The notes under the pieces are model-generated. The model had not been told where the DNA came from. It did no database searches and was given only the letters and a program-made list of their open reading frames with translations. A program made the translations under genes and the position numbers. From positions 100,442,001 through 100,506,000 of the forward strand of contig NC_058373.1 of NCBI RefSeq assembly GCF_018350175.1: a stretch of DNA of 64,000 nucleotides, given 5' to 3'. Of the stretch, positions 34,821 through 49,281 are shown piece by piece (the first letter of the stretch is position 1; each line of letters opens with the position of its first letter). The stretch is from Felis catus. Lineage: Eukaryota.

Positions 34821-36289
34821 CAACTTTTTTTTTTTTTTTTAACAATTGTTTATATGGGGAGCAATATAAATGGCATATTAACTTTTATTTAAACAATAAA
34901 TAATTTTATTTAAGCAATTAAACAAAAATATTACCTACACAGGAATTGGCATTATTACACTTAATACAGCAAAAGGAAGGAATGCATAAAGATAAAGAAT
35001 TGGACAAAGGAAAATGGTAGTACTGATAAATCAAAAACCAACAAAATTAATAATTAACTTATTTTCTTTTTAATGGAGAAAGCACCTGTGCTTAAAATAG
35101 GAAATGAAAATAGATTTAATAACCACAGACATGGGAGAAATTAAAAGATTTCTAAAAGCTGATTTTGCTCAGTTCTATGCAAACACCAATTGTTAAATGC
35201 ACAAAATGGATGAATTTCTGGGCCAAAGTCAGATGCTTAACTGATTGAGCCACCCAGGTGCCACAGTAAAGTAAGATTCATATAAGGAATGCAAAGATGA
35301 TTCGATCTTATGAAATATATCTATGTAGTTCACCATATTAATGTTTCAAAGGAGAAAAATCATAGTGTCATCTCCATAAACACTGATGAAGCATTTGAAA
35401 ATTTCAACCATTTTTGATTAAAATGCTTAATAAAGTAGGAATAATCATTTTATATCACTCATACATACATACCCTACATGCTATATGGGCAAATACTAGA
35501 ATGTTACCCTCAACACTATACCCAACCATCATTACCCTGGAGGTAATAGCCTATACAATCAGACAACAGAAATAAGTGAGAGGTATAAAAATTAGATAGT
35601 AAAGATAGAATATAAAGATGAATGTTTATTTATAAATACATAAATTATTATTTATAGGCAATGTGATTATATACCTGAAAAACTCGAGAAAATCACTTGA
35701 AAAAGTATGGCAAACAACCTGAATATTTCACTAAGGTAATTATGAATAAAGTAGACATGAAAGAATCATTAGCGTTGCTATTAGGAAAGCTATATGAGAT
35801 TGCCAATGTTGAACCTTTTTTGACTTACAGAAATGGCAATTTCAGGTTGAGAAAACATAATGGGCAAAAGAGGTCATATGTAATGGTCACAAAAAAGGCA
35901 AAATAGTTCAGGATAAAATTAAGACGTGTTCATAGTTCATACAAAGAAAACTTTCCAAAATTCTAACGGACACAAAACAAAACCTGAATGAAAGAACTTA
36001 TCCTTTTGTTAGTTAGGAGGCTGCCAAGTCAACAAAGATTTCTGCATCTTCCCAATTAATCTGGAAATTTAACATAATCTCAGTGAAAACACAAAGACAA
36101 GTTTTTTAGAAGTAGAAAAATGGATTTTAAAGTTCTTATTGGAAAGCAAAAAACTAACCAACCAACCAACAAACACCCTTCAAAGTGAGAGCCAAGAAAC
36201 TTAAAAAAAAAAAAAAAAAAAAAAAAAGAAGAAGAATGAGGAGAAATCAACCCTACAAGACAGGGTAACATTATAAAACTGCAAATGAA

Positions 36290-36778
36290 CAGTAAGGACT
36301 TATTGATTATTTTAAATTGAACCTACTCGGGAAACACTTGGAGGAGGGACACTCAAACCCTCCTCTTTTCCCCTGAAAGCAGGAAACAAATGTCCTTTAT
36401 GAAAAATAGCATCCCTGTAATGAGAAGTAAAAAAGACATCCTTATCAACAGAAATAGGGACACTGAAGTCGAGAAAGCTATAAAATAAGCTTTGCTACTT
36501 TTTCACTAATTTACTACCTCAGCCCCAATTCTGCATAGAATTCCTTTCTAATTAAAGCCCCCAAATGGCTGTTTTCCTTAACCTGCAAATTCCTCATAAA
36601 TCTATCATCCCTTTGTATAAAATGTATAAAAACTGCATGCCTTAGTCATTTCTTTGACTCTCAATTTCATTATTGGGTCTCTGTTCTCAAGGAACAAAAA
36701 TTTCTTTTTTTCTCACGTAAATTTAATTCTTAGTCCACCTGGAAGACCTTGAGGGTAGGGGAGGAATTTTCCCGCACG
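36290..36778 (+). mobile_element. ERV1-class solo LTR (MER34/39-like)
   Basis: catccttatcaacagaaatagggacactgaagtcgagaaag...tttgctactttttcactaatttactacc...tgtataaaaactgcatgccttagtcatttctttg, with a TATA-like element and an ERV1-type U5. Confidence 0.6.
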
Positions 36779-36847
36779 AAAAAAGTCAGGGGATCTCGCT
36801 TGTTCTCCCTCTCACTCTCCCTCTCTCTGGAGTCTCTCTCTCTCTTG

Positions 36848-36918
36848 CTCGCTCGCTCTCCCCTCTCTCTCTCTTCCTCTTGAGAGGAGGAAGAGAGAGA
36901 GAGGGGAGAGCGAGCGAG
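36848..36918. repeat. Perfect inverted repeat: 32-bp arms, 7-nt loop
   Basis: 36848-36879 ctcgctcgctctcccctctctctctcttcctc is the exact reverse complement of 36887-36918. Confidence 0.95.
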
Positions 36919-38659
36919 TGAGACAGACTTGTGAAGAATTTTAATATGATAAATGTGGCCTTTTAGCTCCATAGGGAAACGATTGATTATTCAATAAAAA
37001 ATGGTTGGACAGTTAACTGAGTGACTAGCTGGAAAAAAAAATTCACTCTATATCTCAAAATAAATTTGAGATAGAGCAATGGATTTAAATAGTAACACAT
37101 GAATCCACGAGAGTACTAGAAAAAAAACCATGGAAAGATTTTTATGAGTAAATACTTAGGAAGAATTTTAGGAAGTTCTTTGGAGGAAGCAAGTTTTTTA
37201 TGGATCTCAGGAGAAATGAGAGGTCTTAAAAGTCTAATTTCCTGACCAAGTGCTGGAGATTGGGTTAGCTGAAACCTCTGAAACTTTATTCTTAGAGGAA
37301 GGAGTGGGAAATCCAAGTAGTCCCTGTGTGCTGGCCTAATGCTGTTGATATAATAAATGTATTGGACCATTTCACAATCTCTTGTGTAGGTTTTGAGTGG
37401 AGGGAGGTATAAGCCATATGTCAGCTGGATTACCTTCTCCTTTGAAATTCAAAGGAAATTAGCTTGAGCTCTTATGTTCTCCCTCAGGGAAATCTAGGTA
37501 ATTTCCAATTCCTAGGGTATTTTCCAATTCCCTCAGATTTTGGAGAATTAATTTATCTACTGTTTTGACCCACCATGGTTAGTATTGTGCACTTCTTTGT
37601 CCCCAAGGGAGGAATGGCAGCCCTTTGCTCTCCCTCCACCTTACATTATCATTCATACAAGACATTTGAATATGGAGCAAATTGTACAGAAGTTTGCTTG
37701 GTTCCTTCTCCCTTGAGACCCTCTTCACATCTTGTCACCTTTAACTTACCAGGGCTCTCAGGGCTCTCAATGCGTTGGTTCCATTCTCTTTACCTGCAGA
37801 ACTATTTTGATCTTTTCCAGGCTTGCCTTTGCATATCCCAAAACTCATTGGTATGGATTGCAAAACTATGGCTCATCTAAGCGAATGTGAACCTTGAGCC
37901 TGCCAGGAGTACCAGCAAAGACCTTTCTTTTTGGCCTCTGTGTGAAGTAGGGACCAGATATTTCCTCACTGGTAGGAACTACTATTCCATTGTCCTTAGG
38001 AGGCAGAAGTGGCTACAGTCAGTTTTGGTCTTACATAATTTGCTTCTCCATCACAGAAAGGACCAGATTTCATAGCCATCTGAGTTACGTTCTCCCCCTT
38101 GCCTTACATTACTCACCGCATAAAAGAAACAAGAAACAATTCAAAGGTAAAACACTACAAAATGACAAACTCATTTATGGAGTTCTTAGGTCCTGTGGGA
38201 AAAGTACTCAATCTAAGTCCCGTTGAGCATACTTAAATACTATTCCTAAAAAGTTTGGGCCACGCAAAGGCCAGGATTCATGGGCAAGTGTTATGATTTT
38301 TAAAGTTATTTAGGTTATCACGCTGACTTAAAGCCATGTCTGGATCGATACTTAGTTACTGAAACTCTTTCAGAATACTGAGACAGATAGTTAAATTGTC
38401 CTTTTAAGAGATTCTGACCCATTATTCCTCTAAATGTCTGGATAAGATATTTCTTTCCTATTTCCTATATTCTAAATTTTCCAATGCCCACCTCTGGGAT
38501 AATAATCATATTGTTCAATACTTTCACAAGAATAAGAAACATTTATATTCTATGGTATTTAGACTGTGGTATGTAAATTTTTCAGAGATTATTCTTCATA
38601 TTATTTTATTCCTGCTATTGGTGTTATATCGTTCGTTGTTTCTTATAGAAGAGAAAACT

Positions 38660-39720
38660 TTTGGGTCAGTAATTTATGAACACAGTTAAAAAGTCAAAAG
38701 ACACAAAAGACTATATACAGCTAAAAGTGAGTCGTTCCCACTCTGTCCCTCACTACTTCTCTTTCGCAGAGGAAACCACTAGGAATAGCTTCTTATGTGA
38801 AAGATACACTATCCCCTTGCCCCCAAGTACACATTCTACACACTCCACGTTCTACACTGTGTACACACTGCTCTGCATTTGGGTTTTCACTTGAACATGT
38901 AGCTTGTGGATTGTTCCATACCTGTATATACAGGTTAGCTCTTTTGGTAGAATTGCCTTTTCTTTAAGTATCTTTAAGCTGCGCATCATTCCATTTTAGG
39001 AAGGTATTATCACTTATTGAACTAATCCCAATCAGTGGACACTTACATTGCTTCTAATTTTTAGCTCTCATCAACATTTCTGCAACGAATTACTTCGTAT
39101 GCAGGCCATTTTACAGATAAGAGAGTATTTGAAGGGTATATTAGTGAAAGCAAATTGCTGAGTTAAAGGGTGTGAGCATTCTCAATTTTGATAGTTATTG
39201 TCAAACTGTCCTCCAAAAGGGTTGTGCCTATTCATGTTTCCACTAGCAAATATTTGAAAATACCTGTTTGCTAGTACCCTGATCATCAGAGCATGTCATT
39301 ACATTTTTCGATTTATTTTTCACTTGCTTGATTTTTTTTTTTTTTTTTTTTTGCTGTCAATCTTACAGGTGAAAAGTGTATCTCATACTTTTAGATCCTT
39401 GTCATGAAATGATTCAAAATGTCATCTTTATCATATACTAAATTTGTCTATTTGATGCATTTCTGGGCTTTCTGGTTTATTCCATTGGTCTCTGTTGTCT
39501 CTTCATACACTATTTGTATCATTTTGACCACAGTAGTTTCATAGTATGTTCTACTTTATCATAGGTCTAATCACCCTTACTGCCCTTCTTTCCCCTAAGA
39601 AATTTGCCAGCTAGCTTTTTCTTCTATATGAATTTGAGAAGTAGTTTGACTTGCTTCAAAAAAAAATCCTGTTGCATTTTTATTGAGATTGCATCACATT
39701 AATAAATTATTCAGGAATAC
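38660..39720 (-). mobile_element. Old L1M(E) 3' fragment
   Basis: Reverse L1 3' UTR/ORF2 text (gcaaattgctgagttaaaggg...caattttgatagttattgtcaaactgtcctccaaaaggg). Confidence 0.7.
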
Positions 39721-42219
39721 TACTACTTGCTAAAGTTTATCATTGCAGACTTACCATTTCTTATTGTTCTTTTCAGTCATGTCTTCCTGATGCTTATAAC
39801 AATTATTGATTCTTCACAGCATCTTTGGAAACAGCAGGGAAGATAGAAGATAAAGGATTAGCCCAAGATTACATATGATAAAAAATCCTAAACTGGTTTT
39901 GTATCTACTATTTGGTAATGCCTCACCAGCAGATTTTACACAAATTCAAAAATGAAACATACTCTTCTACCAAGGATGAAATTTTCCTATTGCAAAAAGC
40001 CAGCAACGTGCAGCAACTATTCTGCAAATGTATTTCTTGTGTGATGATCTGTGGCCAAGCACAGAATGCATTCCTATCATGGAGTAACAATTTCAAAGGA
40101 ATTTTGAAACCAGAGTTGGCTTGAATGTTGTACAATGACACCCAGGATCTTGGCCTACTTCCCAGATTTTCCCTTTTTGGTTTTCTAGCAAGTTTGGTCA
40201 TGCCTGGGAATTTGCTGAATATGGTACTTGGATCAGTGACTTCCTGAATGTGACATTGGGATCAATGGCATTTGTCTGCCCAAGGATTTGTGGAGTACAA
40301 TTTTTAGAAGTACTGCAGTTGTAAATAAGTTCTTTATTGAACTGATGCTCAGGCACAAGGGTGCAAATAGGAAGGACACTTTGTGAATTGATTATGGAAG
40401 GCAAAGAACTTGAGAGAGAATGTTCTATTATGAATATTGCATTACATACCTGGGCACCCTGGTGTTCCAGCTGGAGGATCTTCAAGTTCTTAAATAAATA
40501 TCAAATGGATTTAAGAGCTATCTTTAATGCCTCCTTTGACAAATGGCCACTTACTAAAGGTCAGCCAAGACTTGATAAACAGTGGATTATCTGCAGCATC
40601 CCAGGCACGTCCTACCATCACCCTGGCTCAGTTAACAGGGGGAGAGCTGACAAAGAGCCTGCGTGAGTTACTGAATTACTTAGGACCCAAGCACGTGTTG
40701 ACATAGATCTGAGTGTATTTTTGGATTACATTTCCAAAACTATTATTGTTTTCACCGTTTTGTTTCAGTCAGCATTTTCTTCTCAATGCCACGTATAATT
40801 ATGAGCTGACTTAGGTAAAATATTTTAAAAATGTGTAGAGGTACATATGTACCTATATAACATCTGAGATTATTTGCCATAACATAAACGAGAACACTCT
40901 TTAGCTTGTCCCTCCAAAACAAAAAGACTACTGTACTCTGGAGTGTTATGCAAGAATCAGAAGAGCATAGTTTACTGAATGCTCAGCTTGTTTAGCGACA
41001 TACCAAAGAGTAGGACAAAGGCTAAAAGCAAAAACATGGGGCAAGTTTTAAGCAATGAACTTAAAGGTATACGGATGATGAAATATTTAATTATCAAGGC
41101 AGAGAACAGGTTGTAAAATCTAGCTAATGAAAATATAAAGATGAGTTATTAATGGGATAGCTGTTTAATTAGATGATTCCTTGGTTTGTCTTAAGCAGGA
41201 AGAGTGTTGCCAAAATCACAAGAATAGACCTCTCCGAACAGAGAATGGTGATGGTGTGATGTCATCTATCAGTTGCCTTTTACTCCCACTATAATGGCCA
41301 CACCTTAGGCTACAAATATTAACTATTTAGACATGAGAAATTAATAAAGGGTGAGGCAAAATGGGCAGCAAAAGGAAATTGTTATGTTAAATTAGGCATA
41401 TGAAGTTAGGAAAGCATTTACAAGTCTAGGAAATGACATAATACAAATTTTATGATTCTCCTTAATAGAATTTGTCTCAACCAGGTCATACGAGGAATGC
41501 TTTTACAAACATGACTGTGCTCCCAGATCTTGAAACTTACATGAAGTATTATTAGATTCTGTGGTCACAGGACTCAACAAATCTCAGTTAAGTGGAGAAG
41601 AACAAATTCATTATGGAGGTCCTAGGTCCTGAGAAAGTGTTCAGTCTAAATCCTGTCAAGTAGGATTGTTGATATATGTCCTGTGTGTGTGTCTTTATAT
41701 TTAATTTGTACTTATATTTATTCTGAAAGATTTCAGGGTCTGAATTCTGGAAAAGACTTAACACCATTAAAAACATGGTTCCTGGATGATTATGACAGAG
41801 TATAATACAGGTTATTTTCAGTCTTCTTAAACCTAAGGTATGTGGATTGACCATTCCCAGGATGATTTTATTCTTAGGCAAGAATATTTAGCTGTTGTAT
41901 GTACTGAAAGAAATACAGGTAAGATTATACTCACTGAGCAACCCATTCGTCAAGATATCAGCCTTTTCTGCTCACAGCCCTGAAGGAGGCAAAGTAGGAT
42001 GTGATCACCTTGGTCTATTTTTCTTGTGAAATGTGCGCATTTCTATTCTACTTGCAAGCACTGTGGTTATTTTTTTTTACCAGCCATCGAGACCACAGGC
42101 AGGGGAGTAAGCTAGAATTCTGACTGAGTCACAATTCCCACGCCTCTTCCTACGGATATGTATGTGGAGTGTGGTCCTGAGGCCCATCTGGAACACTTTC
42201 CCACACATTAGGCTGGGAG

Positions 42220-42440
42220 AGGCAGCAGGGCACAGGCTTAAGGATCCCTACAACATGGCTCCACCATCATCTTGTGTCTGTGTGACCAGGCACTGGCTAC
42301 CTAAACCTTTGTGCCTTAGTTTCCTTGTTGGAAAATAAGGCCTGACAACAGTGTTTACCTCATAGAGGTATTGTGAGGGGATGAAGGAATACATCTAATA
42401 TTCCTAGGACAGTGCTAGGTACAGGTTAACAGTGGTTTTA
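42220..42440 (+). mobile_element. MIR
   Basis: ctgtgtgaccagg...ctaaacctttgtgccttagtttccttg...tacctcatagaggtattgtgagg. Confidence 0.7.
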
Positions 42441-43927
42441 TATACAAGCCACTCAAGTGAGGATTTAATAAATTTGGCAAGCTATAGGCTCCCATACCTA
42501 TGTATGTAGACATATCAAATCTTTTTTACAGTTGAGGGGGAAAAGTGAGCAGAGAAAACTTTGAAAACAGGTGGTGGTAGCAAATGTTTACCACCATAGA
42601 TCCAGTTGAGAAAAATTCCCAGGCTTTGATGTGTCAGAAACAATTGTTTTCCAACTTGGCTCCAACAGCCCCCAGACAAGACACCCCAGTTGTTCCCATT
42701 GCCTGAGTAACTTTCCACTGTCACTACCTGTGGGACCAGCTTCTCTCCCAGACCTGTCCTTCCCCTCCACTGTCCTTTCCCCACATAAGTCATCTTTAGT
42801 GCATGTGCTCCAACCATCAAAGTTTTGTGTAAGGACTGACCTTGGGGCATACTTATATATGGGTACAAACCTTAGCCCTTCCCCCCCAAAAGTTGTAGTC
42901 CCAAAGTTAATATTTATTTGAAACTTGGGAGTACACTCCCCTCTTTATAAACAAAACACTAAAGCAAAATGTTCTAGTCTCTCACACAAATTAATTGCCC
43001 GATTACCATTTCTCACAAATGCCATCTTTTTCTCCTTTGTTTTCCCTTCCATTATGTTTCAGTTGCAGAGAGGGTAAATCATAAATTACTGTCTAGTATA
43101 GAAACATTCTGCAGCTGGAAGGAACTGGGAAAGCACTGTTTTTTGATTTTTGTTTTTTCTCAATCATGAATTCAGTGATTACTGACTTCAAAATAGGTAA
43201 CGGTCCCATAAATGGGAAAAAAAGAACACATTCCAGGGTGAAAGGATGGCAAGTATAAAGGTAGAGAGATGTGAACATGCATTGTTATGTTTAGGGAAGA
43301 GTATATGGCAAGAAGTAAATAATTTTTGGTCTCCGTAGGAAACTGCCAGTGAGTTACCACGGGCACAAGTTGGGGAGTGCCTGTAATTGCATCTAGCTGG
43401 CCATTTTCATTTGGTGCCGGTTAATTGGACTAGCTTTAAAAAGTACGCTCAAGTTCTATTTTGAACTCTATCCTGACATACTTCCCACTCCTTTGCCACG
43501 CCCTAAGAGCTCATTTTGCCTTCTTTGGTGGTGGTAAAAAGCAAGGTCCCTTTTGTCTGAGCCTCTTGGTTCCAGGTCGCGTTTGCCTTTCCTCAAGGTT
43601 TTTCCCAATTCAGCAATTCCCATGAATTTTCGTCAGATAGTTTTCCCACTAGGATGCAAATTCCATGAAAGCATGAATGTTCACATCTTAAAATTCACTG
43701 TTATTCCTAGTTCTTAGAATTGAGCTTGGTACATAGTAGTCTAGATATCATTCAAAAAATTTAAGAACCTATTATGTGTTGCCCTATGGAGGGTCCAATG
43801 ATGATTTAGGTATGCTCTCTACTTTTAAAGATCTTACAAATGAGGAAAATAGATATATAAACAAACTCCAAGTCAAGGAAGAATGAAACCAGTGCAACTA
43901 TTGAGGTATACATTGCTAATAGGCGGG

Positions 43928-44235
43928 TGCTATGGACTGAACATGTGTCTCTCCCAAATTCATATGCTGAGACCTAATCCCCAATGTGATAGGTTTAGAG
44001 GTGGGGCCTTTGGGAAGAGGTTAGGTGGCAGGGTGGAGACCTCTCAAATGGGATTAGTGCCCTTATAAAAGAGATCCCAGAGAGTCCTTACCCCTTCCTC
44101 TTCATGTGAATGAGGAAGCAGACACCGAATTGCTGGTGCCATGGTCTTGGACTTCTTAGCCTCCAGAACTGTGAGACATGTTTATAAGGCATCCAGGTTA
44201 TGCTATTTTTGCAATAGAAATCTGCAAAGACTACA
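43928..44235 (+). mobile_element. MaLR LTR (MLT1A0-like)
   Basis: tgctatggactgaacatgtgtctctcccaaattcatatgctgag...tcttggacttcttagcctccagaactgtgaga. Confidence 0.8.
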
Positions 44236-47200
44236 GCATGGGGCTCACAAGCAGTAATTAATTTCAACCAGGGGATTGAGGAAAGGCTTCACAGGATGTT
44301 GTCCCCAAAGAGAGAATTTTCATTAGGGATGTGGAGGTTATTTTTGGTCAAGTGATCATTAACTTGAACTCTTCCGTTTCCAAGGGACAGAAACGCATCT
44401 CAAAATAGTTTACACAAATACAAGGAAAATGTAACTGGGAAATCTGGCTTCAGCTCTCCCAGAACTCTTGGCCCTGCTCATGTGTGGATGCTGCCTTCTC
44501 TCCCACAGCAGACAGACATAATCTATGTTGCAGGAGGAAGGGGTGGAGTTTGGCCACAGAGAGTTCCATGCTCATATCACACTGGATTGTAGTTAATAGC
44601 CATAGAAGGTTACCTGCATTTCAAGGCCAGCAAATAAGATCCCATGGAAAAGCCTCTGCTCAGTCTAGTTTCAGTCATGGGCCTATCTCCAAGCTAATCA
44701 CTGTACCCATTGCCTGGCCATAGTACAGACAGTGCTAGGATAGAGCTGTGTTAATAGGGACTCATACAAAGCAGAATATAATTTTAACCAGACATGGTTA
44801 AGGTTGCAAGAAGACTTTTGTAGGATTTGTAGCTCTATTAGAACCATACAGAGTGGGCAGGGCTGGGGTGGTACTTCATGAGAAGATTGAAAGGACCCAA
44901 AAAGAGAATAAGATGTTGGGCAGACGAGTACGACAGGTAACCATTATACTAAAACGCATGCACTCGTAGGCCAATGGGATGCAGTTTGCTGTCACAGAAA
45001 TTTGATTGCCAGGGATAGGCAGTGGATCAGGCAGGAGACTTAGGATGGGCTAGGTCACGGGGAGCCTGCACTGATAAATGGGAGTCGTCAAAGGGCTCAA
45101 GTGAAGGAATGTTGTGATCAAACCTATGTTACTCTACTTCCCCTTTCGCAGAAACATAACTCTGGGCTAACTTTTCTGGAACATCTAAGCTGTCAGACTC
45201 TCACAACCATGCACTAAGTCTCCTCTTCCAGTCCCATTTGCCTTTTCTTTCTCTAGTCCTCACACTATCTTGCCTCAATTCTATATATAGTCCTGCCATC
45301 CTGGCTACTTGTTTCCCCACCTAAGGTCAATACCCCATTAAGGAATTACTTTTGTCCAGCACTGAAATTCCTGGATTCTTACAGCATACATCTAAAACCC
45401 TACTTTTCAGTCACTGTGGCACCAACCAATGGGAGGTGGAACCATGCTAGCATGTACCTAATTGGCATGGGTTAATGGGGTTAATTTCTATCACTTATCG
45501 CATATTCAGATTAGCCTGAAACCTTGAGAACTGTGGTCATCTTTTGAACTCTGGACTGGCAAACTGTAATGGATTAAACTGCACAAGATCTGAATGTGCC
45601 AATCTCTTTACATGTATTTTGGGGTTCTTGAAGGAGTCAGTGTGTCCCTGTGGCCACCAATCCTCCTAGTGGGAGGTGGTACTGTGGCCATAGCTCATGA
45701 ATGTGTAGATTTTAGTATATTTTACCCTTCATCAACTTTTGGGGATGATTACCATAAACTGTATAGGATCAGGAGGATTATGATCCTAAGAATGCTTAGA
45801 ACAGTCTACTCTTTCAGGCCGTTACCATAGGGCACAATTGCTTGCCCCTAGTGAATGAGATAATGAATGGATCGATTCAGCTAGAGAAACATAGTATAAT
45901 CTGAGAGAAAACTACATTTACCCCCTCCCCCCCCACCTGCTTCCCTGACATTATTAAATGTGCATGCACTAGCTCCAGCTGAGAAAAATCAAAATGGAAC
46001 AATTCTAAAATGAAAATTATTTTTTTTGCCATGCAAGCAGATCTCTACAGAGATAAAATAGGAATAACATTTTCGTAAAAATTGAAGTTTCTGAGAAAAT
46101 TAACCTTTCTTGACTATTGAAAATGAGAGGTAAGAAAGGAAAAAGAGAAAGGCCACCTTCTAAGAGTCGTTACTGCAACCACTGGCAGCATTTCGTACCG
46201 TTAGGGAGAGTGGGTGAACATTAGAAGAGGTCACAGAAGCTGAAAAAAGGAGACAACATAAGAGTCTCGGGAGAGTCATAGTGCTGGCTACTTCTGAGAA
46301 ATGTACCTAGCAGCAAAAAGCAAAAAGCTCCTCAGACTCTTACTGGCAGAGTTTGGATTTATTATGACAACCTTAGAACCAAAAATGGCTATATTTTTCT
46401 ATGACAAATCTCACAGGAATCAAATATTTTCAGAGATCAAGCAGAGCAGGTAGTGCATGTGGTAGTGTAGTCAAGGGAAGGTATGAACGATGCTCGATGT
46501 TTTCCAGGAGAAATCATTAAGGGTGAAGTGCTAATACACTTGTTTTTCATCTTACTCCAACAGAAGACCACATGTAATCTTCCTAAAGAGTGACTCCCCA
46601 ACATATCCTGACAACAGCAGGGTGGGGAGGAAGCAAGTTACGAATAAGTGAAAAACCATAAGGTAACAGACAATACTAAGCACGCTCCCACCCTTATCCA
46701 AACACAAAGGCAGGGGAAAAGTTCCTGCTATCTGCCAAGAGATTATTTGGGGGTGGGGGGGGGGTGGGAAACAAGCACACACACACCCACAGCAGCATCA
46801 AAAATTTTCCTATTCTCCAAAAAGTACTTAAATTAAAAAAATTTCTATTAACCTATGTTGGTACCATTTTGGTGGGGAGTTGTCATAAATTGATAAAAGG
46901 CCAACATACAAACACTAAGGAAGGGAGTGAAAAGAATATCAAATGTTATTTGACGCTACGCAACTTCCCTACCAAGGTTGCATTTGTCACCAAAATGGAA
47001 AACGAATAAAAGATTCCGGGGTATCCTTTTTTTCTTATTTAATTTTTTCGTCCTTTGGTTTTTCTTTTTCTTGAGTATGTTGAGTCTGAGACCTGAGAGG
47101 CCCTCTGTTCTGATCCGGTAGGACACTCTTTAATGAGTGCCTTGGAAACAAAGGAGACCAACTGGGGAACCCACACCCAGAGCCACTTGTCAAGAGCCTG

Positions 47201-47483
47201 CAGCCAGTAAAGCTTCAGATTACACAAGAGGACTGGGTGGGGTGGGAAGGATGCACAAAAACTGAAAGTTTCTGCTCTTCAGAAGTTCTGATCTACTAGG
47301 GGAAGGAAACAGGCAGTACTGGGAATGGGTTGGGGTGGGGGGTGCAGGGGTGGGGACTAGGTTCTAATTCTGACTCTGTCATTGGCTGGCCACGTGCTCT
47401 TACGGGGTGGGAGTAGTCACCTGTCAAATGAAGAAATCACATGAAGGGGCAACTCTCTGTAAAATGAAGTAACAAAATGTGAT

Positions 47484-47722
47484 CAGCATTTCTCAAAGTA
47501 GATTCCAATTAAAAAAAAAAAGTCTGGTTGAATAAGTTTGGGAAAACTTCCCTACCCTGGTTGATCCCCAACAGTACCAGATAGATTCTTACTGGATTTA
47601 GTGTATCAAAGACTCCTAGAGTCTTGCTGTAAAGGATTTTTTTAAATTTGGCATTTCCCAAATGTATTTTCTGGAAAAAAAACATCTGTTGACATTTGCA
47701 GAACATGCTTTGGAAAACATTG
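47484..47722. mobile_element. hAT-Charlie-type non-autonomous DNA transposon fossil
   Basis: Degenerate terminal inverted repeats cagcatttctcaaagt and gctttggaaaacattg. Confidence 0.5.
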
Positions 47723-48616
47723 ATCTCTATGCTGCTTCCAGCTTTAGAATTCTATCCTTAGTCGTTACTTTTCCATACAGACTCCATCACTTTCCCTTCT
47801 CTACTGCTGTGTACTCAGTCTTTCATTGAGTCTTTGTGCTGAACCTCACATGCTGCCTCTCCTCTGGCTTTACTTTTCATGACTTTATGCTATTCAAATG
47901 TTCACATGAAACTCAAACAGGGTTGGACCAGATGACCTCTAAAATCTGTACAAACCCTGAAACTTTAGGATTCTTTGGTAATTATCACAAACATCCACTG
48001 AAGACCGAAACAGGATGTATATAACTGAGGCTGTTCTCATCACAGCACTGATATCTACTAAGAACTCTGAGATGAAATTCTAGATCCTGTCATTCTGAAC
48101 ACTGCTCTAAACTCAATACTATATTTCCTTGCAACTTCCTTTCCCCTGGACCAATGCAAAAGGAGAATACACAGGAAGACAGTGTGGGTTGTATGGGCTC
48201 TCTAGATCCATCTAGAGGAAATATAGTTAAGAGTTCAGTGGGGGTGCTTCCTACCAAATCTTCTCTTTGTAGGTACAGCAAAAGTTTTTCACGTAAGTTA
48301 TTATAACCCATATTGCCCATACCTCACCATAAAAATATTTAATGCAGGTGTTTCAAATTCAGTCAGAGGACCATCCAATTCCTGACAGAGGCTTGAGGTC
48401 CAGGAATGACAGCAGAATATGGGTAAGAGACAACTTGAGAATATCCACAGATGTCAACTGGCCAACACTCAGTTTAGTAAAATTCTAGTTCTTTCTCTAG
48501 TGTATGATTATTATACCCTCTTTTTAGCTCTGCCTTGACCCTAACTTAGTGTCACACGTTTCTTCTTTAGCTCTGTTTCCATGCCAACAGGATTGTTTAA
48601 AAATACTTTTAAGACA

Positions 48617-48710
48617 GGGGCACCTGGCTGGCTCAGTCAGAAGAGCATTCAACTCTTGCTCTCAGCTGTGAGTTCGAGCCCCACATTGGGTATAGAGATT
48701 AAACTTAAAA
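48617..48710 (+). mobile_element. Short old-type Can-SINE
   Basis: ggggcacctggctggctcagtcagaagagc...gagttcgagccccacattgggtatagagatt. Confidence 0.85.
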
Positions 48711-49281
48711 AGACATTACTTTTAAGACATACTCAATTTTCTCAATTGTCCAAATGTAGTAGCTGAGAAGACAGAAATATTAACCAACCTAATTAATCAG
48801 AAAGCCATTCAACTATTTTCCTCTACTGCAGGCCTTACAGCAAAACCTCTAGGTCTGGTCTGCTCCACTTTAAGGGGCTCAGGTGCCATCATTGAAATGA
48901 GTGGTGAGCTGTGATACTGCCCTGATGGTTTCTTTCCCCGGCTACTCTGCAGGGGAATGCAAACCTGGCATATGGTGTGTGAAATGCCTTGCAGACTAAG
49001 ATACCTCAGCCCCCAAAGAGGAAACAACAGAGAGAAAAAGAATGAAGATGAATGTTCACACATCACTGCCTGGACGCTTCTACAGAACATGTGCAGTGTG
49101 AGAATTTTCAAAGGCTGACAGATGCACTTTAATAGAAAGAGGTAGAAGATAAGATTCATAAGGCTTGATTCACATTTTATAGAGGGATAGGTCTTGGGAA
49201 GCCCAGTATACCTTATAATTATGTTTTAAAATACAGTAATGTTGGATTATAACATAACTACTGCTGAAAATAAAGTGATGA

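Larger units (their letters stand above)
35000..37200 (+). mobile_element. Ancient L1M ORF2 fragments interrupted by an LTR and a hairpin
   Basis: Decayed ORF2 text (ggaatgcaaagatgattcgat...gttcaccatatta...gaaaaatcatagtgtcatctccataaac; gattattcaataaaaaatggttggacag). Confidence 0.6.
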
